DNA of 48,548 nucleotides from NCBI GenBank assembly GCA_017510225.1, contig JAFWNS010000016.1, forward strand, positions 1 to 48,548, given 5' to 3'. This DNA is from Bacilli bacterium (GTDB taxonomy: Bacteria; Bacillota_I; Bacilli_A; RF39; UBA660). The translations under genes were made by a program, and so were the position numbers. The notes below the pieces were generated by a model, which saw only the letters and a program-made list of their open reading frames with translations, searched no databases and had not been told where the DNA came from. Below, piece after piece: positions 16,721 through 26,383 of the stretch (position 1 is its first letter; each line of letters opens with the position of its first letter).

Positions 16721-18865
16721 CTAACTAGAAAATTTAGGTTTTAATGTTAGTTTAATTTCCATACCTTTAGTTATTTCAGTATTAGGACTAATACTTTGAT
16801 TAGTAACATAACCTACTCCATCTAATTTAACTTTTATACCTAGTAATTCTAATATATCTTTTGCTACTTTAGAAGATAGTCCTTTTACATTAGGTACTTT
16901 TTGATGGGAATCGTTTGTTATTAAATAGACTATATCTTTAGTAGTAATAGTTTTCTTAGCACTTGGATATTGTTTAATTACTTTATTTCCTTTACCAATT
17001 ACTTGGTATTTAATACCATTACTATTTAATATATTTTGAACTGTATCTAGTTTTTTATTTACTAAACTAGGTAATTTATAATCTTTTACTTCTATTCCTT
17101 TTGCAGGTTTATCATGACCATAGTATTTAGATACATTATTAACTATATCTTTAACTGCATTAGATAATGGTGTTTGACTTCCACCTGCTGGTTTTTTAAC
17201 TGAAGCATATATAATTATTTGAGGATTACTCTTTGGGTATATTCCAGAAAATGATGCGATTACATTATGTTTCCCTTCTTCATATCCTGCACCATGTTTT
17301 TTAGCTATTTGGGCAGTTCCTGTTTTACCAATTAATTCTCCGCTTTCAATTCTAAAACCACTACCTGTATTGCCTAGACCATTAACACAATCATTCATTA
17401 AACTAATCATCTTACTAACAGTCTGTGAAGAAGCAACTCTTTCTATAGTTTTTCTTTTATTTTTTAAAACAACTTCTTTAGTATCTGGATCTACTATTTT
17501 ATCTACTATATATGGTTCTAGTACCATTCCATCATTAGTAAGTGGTGATAGAGCTTTTACATTTTGTATAGGTGTTGTCGTAATACCTTGACCGAATCCA
17601 GCATTATATATTTCTGTTTCATATTTAAAATCTATACTACCTGCATCTTCATATGGTAAAGTTATACCTGTTTTTCTTCCAAAACCTAATCTTTTAAAAT
17701 ATTTTCTTAGCATAATACTACTCATATGGCGATTAATTAAGTTAATAACTCCAACGTTACTACTCATAGCATAACCTTTATCGAAAGTTATATCACCCCA
17801 ACCAGTACGATCCCAGTCACCTATTTCTGTTCCATCTTTAGTTTTATATACTCCTGAGTGATATGTTTCTGAACCATTATAAACACCATTTTCCATAGCT
17901 GCCATATAAGTAAATGTTTTCATAGTTGATCCTGGTTCATATGGAGAAGATACTAAATAATCTAAATAATTTTTCATATCTTTTTTATTTGGATCAAATG
18001 ATGGAGATGTTGAAGTTGCGAGTATTGCACCTGTTTTAGCATCCATTATAGTTATATGAAACCATTCAAATCCATAAGTAGTTTTAGCTGTTTGAATAGC
18101 TTGTTCTACAAAGAATTGTATATTACTATCAATTGTTAAATAGATATCTTTTCCTTGTGTAGCATCTTTTTTATCTACTTTAGTATCAGCTATCTTATAA
18201 CCTTTTAAGTCTTTTTGATAAGTAATATATCCTTCTTCTCCTCGTAATATCTTATCATAATACTTCTCTATACCCATTTCTCCTGTAGTATCTTCATTAT
18301 TGTTATCATCTACTGATGTAGTGGCATATCCAATTGTATATGAAGCAAAATCTCCTTTAGGATAATATCTTTTATAACTTTCTACAAAATCTAATCCTGG
18401 TAGATTTAAATCCATTATTTTATTCTTAGTTATTTCATTTAATCCTCTACCTTTAGAACCAAATTCAACTTGATATACTCCTTCTTTACTTAACTTCTTT
18501 AATATATCCATTTTAGACATTCCAAGTATAGGAGCTAGTGCTTCTGCAGTTTCTTCTTTATTAACTACATGTTGTGGTTTTTTCTTATTAGTAGTTCTTT
18601 TAGGATCTAAATAAGCAATTAATTTATAGGAAGCAACATTTTGAGCTAAAGCATCTTTGTTTTTAGAATAAATACTTCCTCTTTCAGATGGTATTATTTC
18701 TTTTTTAGTAGTTCTCTGACTAGCTAATTTCTTTAAATTGATTCCATCTATATTAGTAGATAAACCTAATTGTAATAATCTTAAAATCATTATAGCAAAC
18801 AAAAAAAGAGAAAATAGTATAACAATCTTAGAATATTTTATATTATTTCTCTTTTTCTTTCCCAT
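16721..18865 (-). CDS. pbpB: Class B penicillin-binding protein with two PASTA domains (PBP2B/FtsI-like)
   Basis: RG.I, KRYYP, EPGSTMK (SxxK), SSN, GKTGTAQ; two C-terminal PASTA repeats; follows ftsL. Confidence 0.92.
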   Translation of the reverse strand: MGKKKRNNIKYSKIVILFSLFLFAIMILRLLQLGLSTNIDGINLKKLASQRTTKKEIIPSERGSIYSKNKDALAQNVASYKLIAYLDPKRTTNKKKPQHVVNKEETAEALAPILGMSKMDILKKLSKEGVYQVEFGSKGRGLNEITKNKIMDLNLPGLDFVESYKRYYPKGDFASYTIGYATTSVDDNNNEDTTGEMGIEKYYDKILRGEEGYITYQKDLKGYKIADTKVDKKDATQGKDIYLTIDSNIQFFVEQAIQTAKTTYGFEWFHITIMDAKTGAILATSTSPSFDPNKKDMKNYLDYLVSSPYEPGSTMKTFTYMAAMENGVYNGSETYHSGVYKTKDGTEIGDWDRTGWGDITFDKGYAMSSNVGVINLINRHMSSIMLRKYFKRLGFGRKTGITLPYEDAGSIDFKYETEIYNAGFGQGITTTPIQNVKALSPLTNDGMVLEPYIVDKIVDPDTKEVVLKNKRKTIERVASSQTVSKMISLMNDCVNGLGNTGSGFRIESGELIGKTGTAQIAKKHGAGYEEGKHNVIASFSGIYPKSNPQIIIYASVKKPAGGSQTPLSNAVKDIVNNVSKYYGHDKPAKGIEVKDYKLPSLVNKKLDTVQNILNSNGIKYQVIGKGNKVIKQYPSAKKTITTKDIVYLITNDSHQKVPNVKGLSSKVAKDILELLGIKVKLDGVGYVTNQSISPNTEITKGMEIKLTLKPKFSS

Positions 18866-18879
18866 AAATAAATCACGTC

Positions 18880-19179
18880 CTATTTATCCTCAGTTACTGT
18901 CTTTATATTATTATTATTATAACTCAATCCTTCCGTTTCTGCAACTTCTTGTATCTTAGTAAGTGAGGCTAACTCATTTATAGTCATAGCTAAACTCTCA
19001 TTAGTCTTTTGTTGCTTTTCAATCTTTTGTTTTTGCTTTTCTACTTGATAGTTAACACTAGCAAGTGTTGCTTTAGAAAAAACAATCGATACTGGAGATA
19101 CCACCAATAAAAAAATTGCTAAAGTATATATTAATCTTTCAAATTTTGACATTTTTAACCTCTTCTTTACTTTTCTCAT
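18880..19179 (-). CDS. ftsL: Cell division protein FtsL
   Basis: Basic N-terminus, TM, coiled coil, EL.S...I...A...GL; lies between rsmH and pbp. Confidence 0.9.
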   Translation of the reverse strand: MRKVKKRLKMSKFERLIYTLAIFLLVVSPVSIVFSKATLASVNYQVEKQKQKIEKQQKTNESLAMTINELASLTKIQEVAETEGLSYNNNNIKTVTEDK

Positions 19180-19193
19180 ATTTTATCTCCCTC

Positions 19194-20123
19194 TCATTTT
19201 ATTTTTTCTATTACTCTAAGCTTTGCACTTCTAGAGCGTGGATTATTTTCTATTTCTTCTAAACTAGGCTTTATGGCCTTATTTATGACTAATTTAAAAC
19301 TAGGTAGATATTCTTCTGGTATGTTAGGGAGTCCTTGTACTCTTTTATCTACCAAAGTTTTTTCTTTAAATATATTTTTTACAATTCTATCTTCTAAAGA
19401 ATGAAATGTAATTACTGCAATTCTTCCACCTACTTTAATTAAATCTAGAGCTTGTTCTAGAGCTATAGGAATAACATCTAATTCTTTATTTACTTCTATT
19501 CTTATAGCTTGAAATATCTGCTTAGCCGGATGCTTATCTACTCTAAATTTCATAGGTACAGCAGTCTTTATAATATCAACTAATTCTAAAGTAGACTCTA
19601 TTTCTTTTTCTTCTCTATACTCTACTATTTTCTTAGCTATGTTTCTAGCAAACTTAGCTTCTCCATACTTACTAAATATATTAGTTAATTCTTCTTTAGA
19701 ATAGTTATTAACAATTTTCTTTGCACTTATAGGATTATCTTTATCCATTCTCATATCAAGTGGTGCATCTTTATGATATGAAAAACCTCTACTAGAATCA
19801 TCTAGTTGTGGAGAAGATACTCCTAAATCAAATAAAATACTATCTACTTCGTATACATCTTTTTTATTTAACTCTTCCTTTAAATTCTTAAAGTTACTTT
19901 TAATGATAGTGAAGTTAGTACCAATAGACTTAAGTCTATCAGTACTATGCCGAATTGCTTCACTATCTTGGTCGAAGGCGAATAAGTGCCCCCTAGATAT
20001 TCTTTTCAAGATGCAACTACTGTGTCCACCATAGCCTAATGTACAATCTACAACAATACTATCTTCTTTTAAGTTTAACGCTTCAATAGATTCGTTTTTA
20101 AGCACACTAATATGTTTTTCCAT
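19194..20123 (-). CDS. rsmH: 16S rRNA m4C1402 methyltransferase
   Basis: HISVL, DCTLGYGGHS, DLGVSSPQLD, PLDMRM, FHSLEDR, NPRSRSAKLR. Confidence 0.97.
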   Translation of the reverse strand: MEKHISVLKNESIEALNLKEDSIVVDCTLGYGGHSSCILKRISRGHLFAFDQDSEAIRHSTDRLKSIGTNFTIIKSNFKNLKEELNKKDVYEVDSILFDLGVSSPQLDDSSRGFSYHKDAPLDMRMDKDNPISAKKIVNNYSKEELTNIFSKYGEAKFARNIAKKIVEYREEKEIESTLELVDIIKTAVPMKFRVDKHPAKQIFQAIRIEVNKELDVIPIALEQALDLIKVGGRIAVITFHSLEDRIVKNIFKEKTLVDKRVQGLPNIPEEYLPSFKLVINKAIKPSLEEIENNPRSRSAKLRVIEKIK

Positions 20124-20560
20124 TATAGATCGACGCTCGCATTAAATAAATTTTCAGCTATGTCAGACATGTTGTCCTTAGCAGAATCGAAATAAGCATT
20201 CCATAAATCTTTAGACCATATTTCTAACCGATCTCCTGTACCAATAACAACACAATCTTTCTTGATGTCGGCATAAGAGATTAAAGGGGAGGTAATATTA
20301 ATACGACCTTGCTTATCAAACTCTGCCACAGTGGCACCAGATAAAAAGAAACGAGTAAAACTACGGGCATCTTTTTTTGTAAAAGGTAGAGTTTCTAGTT
20401 TATCTACTATCTTGTCAAAAGATTTTTTAGGGTAAACAAAAAGACAATGTTCAATACCACGAGTAACTATGAATTCGTTACCTAAATCTTTTCTAAATTT
20501 AGAAGGAATTATAAGTCTTCCTTTATCATCAATAGAATGATGATATTCTCCCATAAACAT
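20123..20560 (-). CDS. mraZ: Transcriptional regulator MraZ
   Basis: MFMGEY.H.IDDKGR, DKQGRI, RLEIW; true start ATG at 20560. Confidence 0.97.
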   Translation of the reverse strand: MFMGEYHHSIDDKGRLIIPSKFRKDLGNEFIVTRGIEHCLFVYPKKSFDKIVDKLETLPFTKKDARSFTRFFLSGATVAEFDKQGRINITSPLISYADIKKDCVVIGTGDRLEIWSKDLWNAYFDSAKDNMSDIAENLFNASVDL

Positions 20561-20566
20561 AGAAAT

Positions 20567-20594
20567 CCCCCACTTTCTACCACTTGTCACCACT
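20567..20594 (-). promoter_or_regulatory. MraZ-binding direct repeats
   Basis: AGTGGTGACA-AGTGGTAGAA-AGTGGGG: three GTGG boxes with 10-bp period directly upstream of mraZ. Confidence 0.85.
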
Positions 20595-20674
20595 GACTAA
20601 TTATATTCTACCGAATATAAAAGAAAAAGTAAATACGAAATAAAAAGTTTTTTTAAATTTTACACTTCTTTACA

Positions 20675-20702
20675 AAAAAATAAGTTAGCCTTAGCTAACT
20701 TA
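20675..20702 (-). terminator. Terminator of the TPR gene
   Basis: TAAGTTAGC-TAAG-GCTAACTTA then T7 on the minus strand. Confidence 0.65.
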
Positions 20703-22313
20703 GTCTAAATTATACTTTTTATTAAACATTTCTATACGTGACATTTTCTTAACTTTAGGTTTCTCTTTCTTTCTTTCTTCACCATATCTATTAGAAATTG
20801 GATACATAGTTATAATATTTTTAGTATCAGGTATTACTATTACTTTAATCATACTACACTCTTCTCCATCTCTAGTCTTACCTATATTATCCATTTCTAT
20901 ATAATAGCAATCAGCTAGTCCTTGAAGTTCTCTTTTTTCAGGAACTATTTTAGTTTTAACATCTAATATTAATTCTTCTAAATTAATATCATCATTAAAT
21001 ACTGATCTATCAAAATCTTCCCCATAATGGTTCTTTTCTATATGTTCATAAGCTTCTTTTTCATCATAATTAATATATTGTCCTAAACTATAAGAATATG
21101 AATCTTCTAACTTAATATGTTTATTTTTTTCTTTATCTAATATTACTTTTATTTTTAAAGCTTCTTCTTTATCTTTAGAAAAGATAGATTCTTTTATAGC
21201 TTTTTCATAATAATAATTAGCATTTTTAAAATCTTTTTTTCTTATATGAATATATATTAAATTAATTATTGAAGGTTTTCTATATCTTCTATTATGACTT
21301 GATTTAATAAGATTACTAGCTGCATCATTAAATTTTCCTTCTTTAAAATCTAACATTCCTATATTAAAAGCTATCTTACCATCTTTCTTTTCTTTATTGG
21401 CATCTGCTTTAGATTTCTCATAATATTGTCTAGCTACTTCATATTCATTCATCTTTGCATATATTTGTCCTTTAGCTAGATATATCTCACCATTTATAAC
21501 TTCTCCTTTTTGAAGTAATTCATCACATATATTTAAAGCTTTATCGTAATTCTCAAATTCCATTTCTAATTCCATTAGCTTTAACATTGCAGTACGATAA
21601 ACATTATCTCTAGGGCCACTTAAAGAATTTTCATAATACTCTTTAGCTAAATCATAATTATTAAAAGCTGCTTCTATATTACCTTTTTGAATGAGTACTC
21701 TACGATTAAATATATTACTATCAGCTTCTTTAATTTGACTAACATAATTAAATGCATCTATTGTTTTACTTTCTTCTAAAGCAATACTTGATAATTCTAA
21801 AAGAGCTGCACCTTGATGCTCATCTTTTACACTTAATAATATTTCTTTAGCTTTTTCTATTTTACAATCTTCTCTATAAATTTGAGCTAAAGATACTTTA
21901 GTTAATCCTTCATTATATGGACTTTCTTTAATTACTTTTTTATAAATACTTTCTGCTTTTTCTATATTACCATTTTTCTTTTCTAAATTACCTATTTTAT
22001 ACATGGCACTATATTGATTATCAGAATCCATATGTATTAATCTTTTTACTTGTTTTTTAGCTTCTTCTTCTTTATTTAATCCAATTAAAATAGTTACATA
22101 TAAGTTTATACCATATTCATCATCATGATATTCATATAAATAATCTTCTATTTCCCCTAAAGCTTTAGGATATTTACGTTCTTGAACTAATTTTTTAATA
22201 GAATTATATTTATTTTTCTTTTTTTGTTCCTTTTCTCTTTGACTAATATTATGATGTTTATTTTTATGATATCTATTTTTGTTTCTCATACTTCTATAGC
22301 CATTTCTACCCAT
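20700..22313 (-). CDS. TPR-repeat protein with C-terminal toxin-RNase-like domain
   Basis: Many TPR-like helical repeats (e.g. IYLAKGQIYAKMNEYEVARQYYEKS); C-terminal HIEKNH...SVF...IG...IKVIV....NIITMYP. Confidence 0.8.
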   Translation of the reverse strand: MGRNGYRSMRNKNRYHKNKHHNISQREKEQKKKNKYNSIKKLVQERKYPKALGEIEDYLYEYHDDEYGINLYVTILIGLNKEEEAKKQVKRLIHMDSDNQYSAMYKIGNLEKKNGNIEKAESIYKKVIKESPYNEGLTKVSLAQIYREDCKIEKAKEILLSVKDEHQGAALLELSSIALEESKTIDAFNYVSQIKEADSNIFNRRVLIQKGNIEAAFNNYDLAKEYYENSLSGPRDNVYRTAMLKLMELEMEFENYDKALNICDELLQKGEVINGEIYLAKGQIYAKMNEYEVARQYYEKSKADANKEKKDGKIAFNIGMLDFKEGKFNDAASNLIKSSHNRRYRKPSIINLIYIHIRKKDFKNANYYYEKAIKESIFSKDKEEALKIKVILDKEKNKHIKLEDSYSYSLGQYINYDEKEAYEHIEKNHYGEDFDRSVFNDDINLEELILDVKTKIVPEKRELQGLADCYYIEMDNIGKTRDGEECSMIKVIVIPDTKNIITMYPISNRYGEERKKEKPKVKKMSRIEMFNKKYNLD

Positions 22314-22340
22314 GTTATTATCCCCCTTTAAAGCTCTGCT

Positions 22341-22369
22341 ATTATAACATATTTTACGTTATAAGTCAA
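22341..22369 (-). promoter_or_regulatory. sigmaA promoter of the TPR gene
   Basis: TTGACT-17-TATAAT with extended TG. Confidence 0.7.
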
Positions 22370-22381
22370 AAAAATATCTAA

Positions 22382-24151
22382 CTATTTGTTAGATATTCTT
22401 TTCTTAGTTTCTATTTCATTTTTAATTAAATCAACAAACTCATCAACTTTAACTGTAGTAGTATCTTTTTCTCCATGTAATCTATAACTTATAGAGTTAC
22501 TATCTTTTTCTTTATCTCCTAGTATTAAAGTATATGGTACTTTAGCAGTTTGTGCTTCTCTTAATCTATAACCTAATTTTTCATTACGATTATCTAATTC
22601 TACTCTTATACCTTCTTTATGTAATAAATCATATACTTTTTCTGCATACTCTCCTTGGAATTCAGCATTAACAGGGATAACTCTAACTTGAATAGGTGCT
22701 AACCATGTTGGAAGATTTCCTTTAGTTTCTTCTAAGTAGTAAGCGATTGTTCTATCTAGAGAACCAAATACTGCTCTATGAAGAACAACTGGTGTTTGTT
22801 TAGATCCATCAGGTGCAACATAAGTTAAATCAAATTTAGCAGGTAAACAAAAATCAATTTGACAAGTTGATAAACTAAATTCATTTCCAACTGCAGGTTT
22901 TACTTGAACATCAAGTTTAGGTCCATAGAAAGCTGCATCTCCTATCATTTCTCTATATGGAATACCGATATCATCTAATATCTTACGAAGTGCATTTTCG
23001 GCATTATCCCACATTTCATCATCTGGATAAAATTTAACTTTATCTTCTGGATCACGTAGTGCTAAATCAAATTTATAATCAGTGATTCCTAAATCCTCAT
23101 AGCACTCTAATATTAAATTAACAACATCTTTAAACTCTGACTCAATTTGTTCTGGAGTACAGAATATATGTGCATCATTTTGACAGAAAGTACGAACTCT
23201 TTCAATACCTTTTAAAGATCCTGAAGTTTCATAACGACAGTCTCTAGCTATTTCAGCTATTCTTAATGGTAAATCACGATAAGAATGAATATCATTTCCA
23301 TACATTACCATATGATGAGGACAGTTCATTGGACGAAGTACATATTCTTCATCTTCTACTTCCATAATAGGAAACATTGCATCCTTATAATGATCTAGGT
23401 GTCCACTAGTTTTATATAATTCAACATTTCCTAGAGGTGGAGTTTGTACATGTAAATATCCTCTTTTAATTTCTTTATCTCTAATATAAGTTTCAAGTTC
23501 ATTCCATAAAGTAAATCCATTAGGTAAATACATAGGTAATCCTCTACCTACTAAATCACTCATCATATAAATACCTAAATCTTTACCTATTTTTCTATGG
23601 TCTCTTTGTTTTGCTTCCTCTAATTCTTCTAAATGCTTTTCTAAATCTTCTGGATTCTCAAAACAAATACCATAGATTCTTTGAAGCATTTTATTTTTAG
23701 CATCACCTTTCCAATAAGCTCCACTAACTTTTAATAATTTAAAGTTCTTTAATTTCTTAACTGTATCTAGGTGAGGTCCTCTACATAAATCTGTAAAGTC
23801 TCCTTGAGTATAACAACTAATTACATTTTCATCTTCATCCATTCTAGATATTAAATCTATTTTATATGGATCATCTTTAAACATTTCTAAAGCTTCTTCT
23901 TTAGAAATTTCATTTCTTACTATTCTTTTTCCATCTTTAGCAATTTTTTTCATTTCTTTTTCGATTTTTACTAAATCATCTTCTGTAATAACTTGATCTC
24001 CTAAATCAATATCATAATAGAATCCTTCTTCTATTACAGGTCCAACCCAAAACTTAGCATCCGGATATAAATGCTTTACAGCTTGAGCAAGTAAATGTGC
24101 ACATGAATGGTTCATTACACTTAATTTTTCATCTTCTTTAATATTTATCAT
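22382..24151 (-). CDS. thrS: Threonine--tRNA ligase (lacks the N-terminal TGS domain)
   Basis: HSCAH, DLCRGPH, GAYWKGD, RDHRKIG, PMNCPHH, AAFYGPKLD. Confidence 0.97.
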   Translation of the reverse strand: MINIKEDEKLSVMNHSCAHLLAQAVKHLYPDAKFWVGPVIEEGFYYDIDLGDQVITEDDLVKIEKEMKKIAKDGKRIVRNEISKEEALEMFKDDPYKIDLISRMDEDENVISCYTQGDFTDLCRGPHLDTVKKLKNFKLLKVSGAYWKGDAKNKMLQRIYGICFENPEDLEKHLEELEEAKQRDHRKIGKDLGIYMMSDLVGRGLPMYLPNGFTLWNELETYIRDKEIKRGYLHVQTPPLGNVELYKTSGHLDHYKDAMFPIMEVEDEEYVLRPMNCPHHMVMYGNDIHSYRDLPLRIAEIARDCRYETSGSLKGIERVRTFCQNDAHIFCTPEQIESEFKDVVNLILECYEDLGITDYKFDLALRDPEDKVKFYPDDEMWDNAENALRKILDDIGIPYREMIGDAAFYGPKLDVQVKPAVGNEFSLSTCQIDFCLPAKFDLTYVAPDGSKQTPVVLHRAVFGSLDRTIAYYLEETKGNLPTWLAPIQVRVIPVNAEFQGEYAEKVYDLLHKEGIRVELDNRNEKLGYRLREAQTAKVPYTLILGDKEKDSNSISYRLHGEKDTTTVKVDEFVDLIKNEIETKKRISNK

Positions 24152-24333
24152 CTTTTCATTCCTCCATTTTCTTTTTGTTCATATTCTTTCATCATTGCTT
24201 TCGCAAGTTCTCTTCTACATTTTTTAATTTCTTGTCTTACTCTTTCTTGTTCTTCTTCGCTTAATCTTCTAACTCGAAAAGCTTCAAAACGAAGTTCACG
24301 TAACTCTTCTTTTAACTCCGTCGTGGTTTTCAT
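24148..24333 (-). CDS. 61-aa charged helical protein (MKTTTELKEEL...GGMKR) overlapping the thrS start
   Basis: RBS GAGGTG 6 nt before ATG 24333; ATGA overlap with thrS. Confidence 0.7.
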   Translation of the reverse strand: MKTTTELKEELRELRFEAFRVRRLSEEEQERVRQEIKKCRRELAKAMMKEYEQKENGGMKR

Positions 24334-24344
24334 AAATATCACCT

Positions 24345-24550
24345 CATAAAATAAAAAAAGGATAGTACAGGAGTGCAATATGCACGGTACCATCCTTTGT
24401 TTAACTTAATCTTATAACGGCATTACCGGAATTACTTTTCATAATTCTACTCGAAAGGTAGTAATAAATTAATCTTTAATTCGTTCTCACCAACCACGAA
24501 CTCTCTTTATAAAGTTTTTAATTTATCTTGTCCTTTGTCTTTGTATTTAC
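24345..24550 (-). promoter_or_regulatory. Threonine T-box riboswitch
   Basis: AGAGAG...GGTGAGA stem I apex, ACT/ACC specifier region at 24457-24462, GCCGTTA, T-box AAGGATGGTACCGTG, then hairpin plus U tract; promoter TTGAAA-16-TATAAT at 24557-24584. Confidence 0.9.
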
Positions 24551-24589
24551 ATGTTTATTATAACACTATTTTTATTATTTTCAAACATT

Positions 24590-25372
24590 TTATCTCTTAT
24601 TCCAAGAACTTGGAACATTCATAACAGATTGTAGTCCATAAAATCCTTGTGAATATCTAACTCTTCCATAATTAAAGAAACTTCCTAAATCAGCACATCT
24701 ACCATCACTACTAAATGAATTACAATCAAGTAAAGCAATATGTAAGTGTGTTCCATAAGCTACACCAGTAGATCCCATATAACCTAATCTATCATTAACA
24801 GTTACATGTTTACCTATATATATTCCTTCTTCATATCTAGATAAGTGAACATATTGTGATGTATATAAATTACCATTTATACTATGATTTACGGTTACTA
24901 TTAAAGCTCCTGCATAATCAGTATATATATTAGAAATAATACCATCAGCAACTGGATATATGGCTTCAGCTTCTCCTCTTGGACTAACTATATCTAATGC
25001 ATAATGAGAATAATCTACTCCTCCAGATACAGCACCCACTTCACAAGGTAAATACCATATTCTAGTATTAACAGGTTTTACTTCATTATTTTTAATAACT
25101 GGTAAATTAACTTCTTTAGGTGACTCACTATTTATTTCTTTATTATAATTATTAATTATTTCAGTAAGTCCACTCTTTTCAGTTTCCTTTTTATTACCTA
25201 CATTTGCGGTTGCCATATCTTTAACATTGACATTTTCATAACTAATATCATATTCAGCATTACCTTCATGTTCATATAGATACATTTCTATACCACTAGA
25301 AATCATTATAAGGGCAATTGATACGGTAATCATTAATTTACCTCTTAATATGTATTTGTCTAAATTTGACAT
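24590..25372 (-). CDS. Membrane-anchored M23 family metallopeptidase
   Basis: HYALD (HxxxD), YVHL, GYMGSTG...GTHLH; N-terminal TM. Confidence 0.9.
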   Translation of the reverse strand: MSNLDKYILRGKLMITVSIALIMISSGIEMYLYEHEGNAEYDISYENVNVKDMATANVGNKKETEKSGLTEIINNYNKEINSESPKEVNLPVIKNNEVKPVNTRIWYLPCEVGAVSGGVDYSHYALDIVSPRGEAEAIYPVADGIISNIYTDYAGALIVTVNHSINGNLYTSQYVHLSRYEEGIYIGKHVTVNDRLGYMGSTGVAYGTHLHIALLDCNSFSSDGRCADLGSFFNYGRVRYSQGFYGLQSVMNVPSSWNKR

Positions 25373-25430
25373 AAAAAACACCCCACCGGAATGGGGCTTA
25401 TAATAACATATTTTACTAAAAAAGTCAATA

Positions 25431-26333
25431 TTATCGCCTGTTCTTACTTACTAATTCTAAGTTTTCAGTTAACTGTTTTATTCTTTCAATTATTCTTCTA
25501 GCTTTAACTTTATCTACACCAGAAGTAGTAATAGATAAAGATTTTTCTAATTCTTTTAGTGTTAAATTAGAAGTAAAAAATGTAGGTAGATTACTTTCCA
25601 TACGATATTGAAGTATAGGTCCTAAAACTTCATCTCTAGACCAACTACTACAGTTTTCTGCACCAATATCATCAAGTAATAATAATGGTACTTTTTTAAT
25701 ATATTCAAATTTTTCTTTATAATCTGTTTGAAATGATGCTTTCAAACTTCTTAAAAACTCTGGATAATATACAAGTACTGATTTAATGTCTTTTTTAGCC
25801 ATTTCATTGAAAAGAGCTGCTATTAAATAAGTTTTACCACTACCAAACGATCCATTTAAATATAATCCTTTAGGTTTATCTTTTTTATCATAGTTCTTCA
25901 TAAACTCATTAAAATATTTAAGTATAGGAAGCCTAGCTGAATCATCTTTATAAATATTCTTAAATGAAGCTTCACTAATCTCTTTAGGCATATCATATAA
26001 TTCAACATTTTCTTTATATAAATTATTTTTAATTTCTTTTTGTTTTTTAGGACATGCAATATATGAAAAAGTAATTATATTATTATCTTTTTCTGGAGTA
26101 TATTTATAACCAACTATATTATTCTTACAAGTAGTAATGCTTTTACACTTACTACAATTTTTCTCTTCACAAAAACTTTCTTCTAAACTAGAAGTATATT
26201 TCATAAGTATTTCATCTTTAATATTTAAACTATCAACATAGTCTTTAAACTCTTTATTACTACATGCATCTTGATAATCATGTACTAAAGCAGTCTCATC
26301 TACTTTATCAATAACATTTTTTACTTTCTTCAT
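25431..26333 (-). CDS. dnaI: Primosomal helicase loader DnaI
   Basis: N-terminal Cys Zn site, GLYLNGSFGSGKT, LLDDIGAE..SSWSRDEVLG.ILQYRM, TFFTSN. Confidence 0.95.
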   Translation of the reverse strand: MKKVKNVIDKVDETALVHDYQDACSNKEFKDYVDSLNIKDEILMKYTSSLEESFCEEKNCSKCKSITTCKNNIVGYKYTPEKDNNIITFSYIACPKKQKEIKNNLYKENVELYDMPKEISEASFKNIYKDDSARLPILKYFNEFMKNYDKKDKPKGLYLNGSFGSGKTYLIAALFNEMAKKDIKSVLVYYPEFLRSLKASFQTDYKEKFEYIKKVPLLLLDDIGAENCSSWSRDEVLGPILQYRMESNLPTFFTSNLTLKELEKSLSITTSGVDKVKARRIIERIKQLTENLELVSKNRR

Positions 26334-26383
26334 ATTACCACCACTTAATATAATTTTATCTAAAATAATTATTTTTGTCCATA

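Noticed and set aside
20561-20593. ORF-track extension of mraZ
   Set aside because: Corresponds to the MraZ operator repeats; the conserved start is MFMGEY
24334-24393. ORF-track N-terminal extension MVPCILHSC... of the 61-aa ORF
   Set aside because: That ATG lies within the T-box sequence and terminator; the RBS supports ATG 24333
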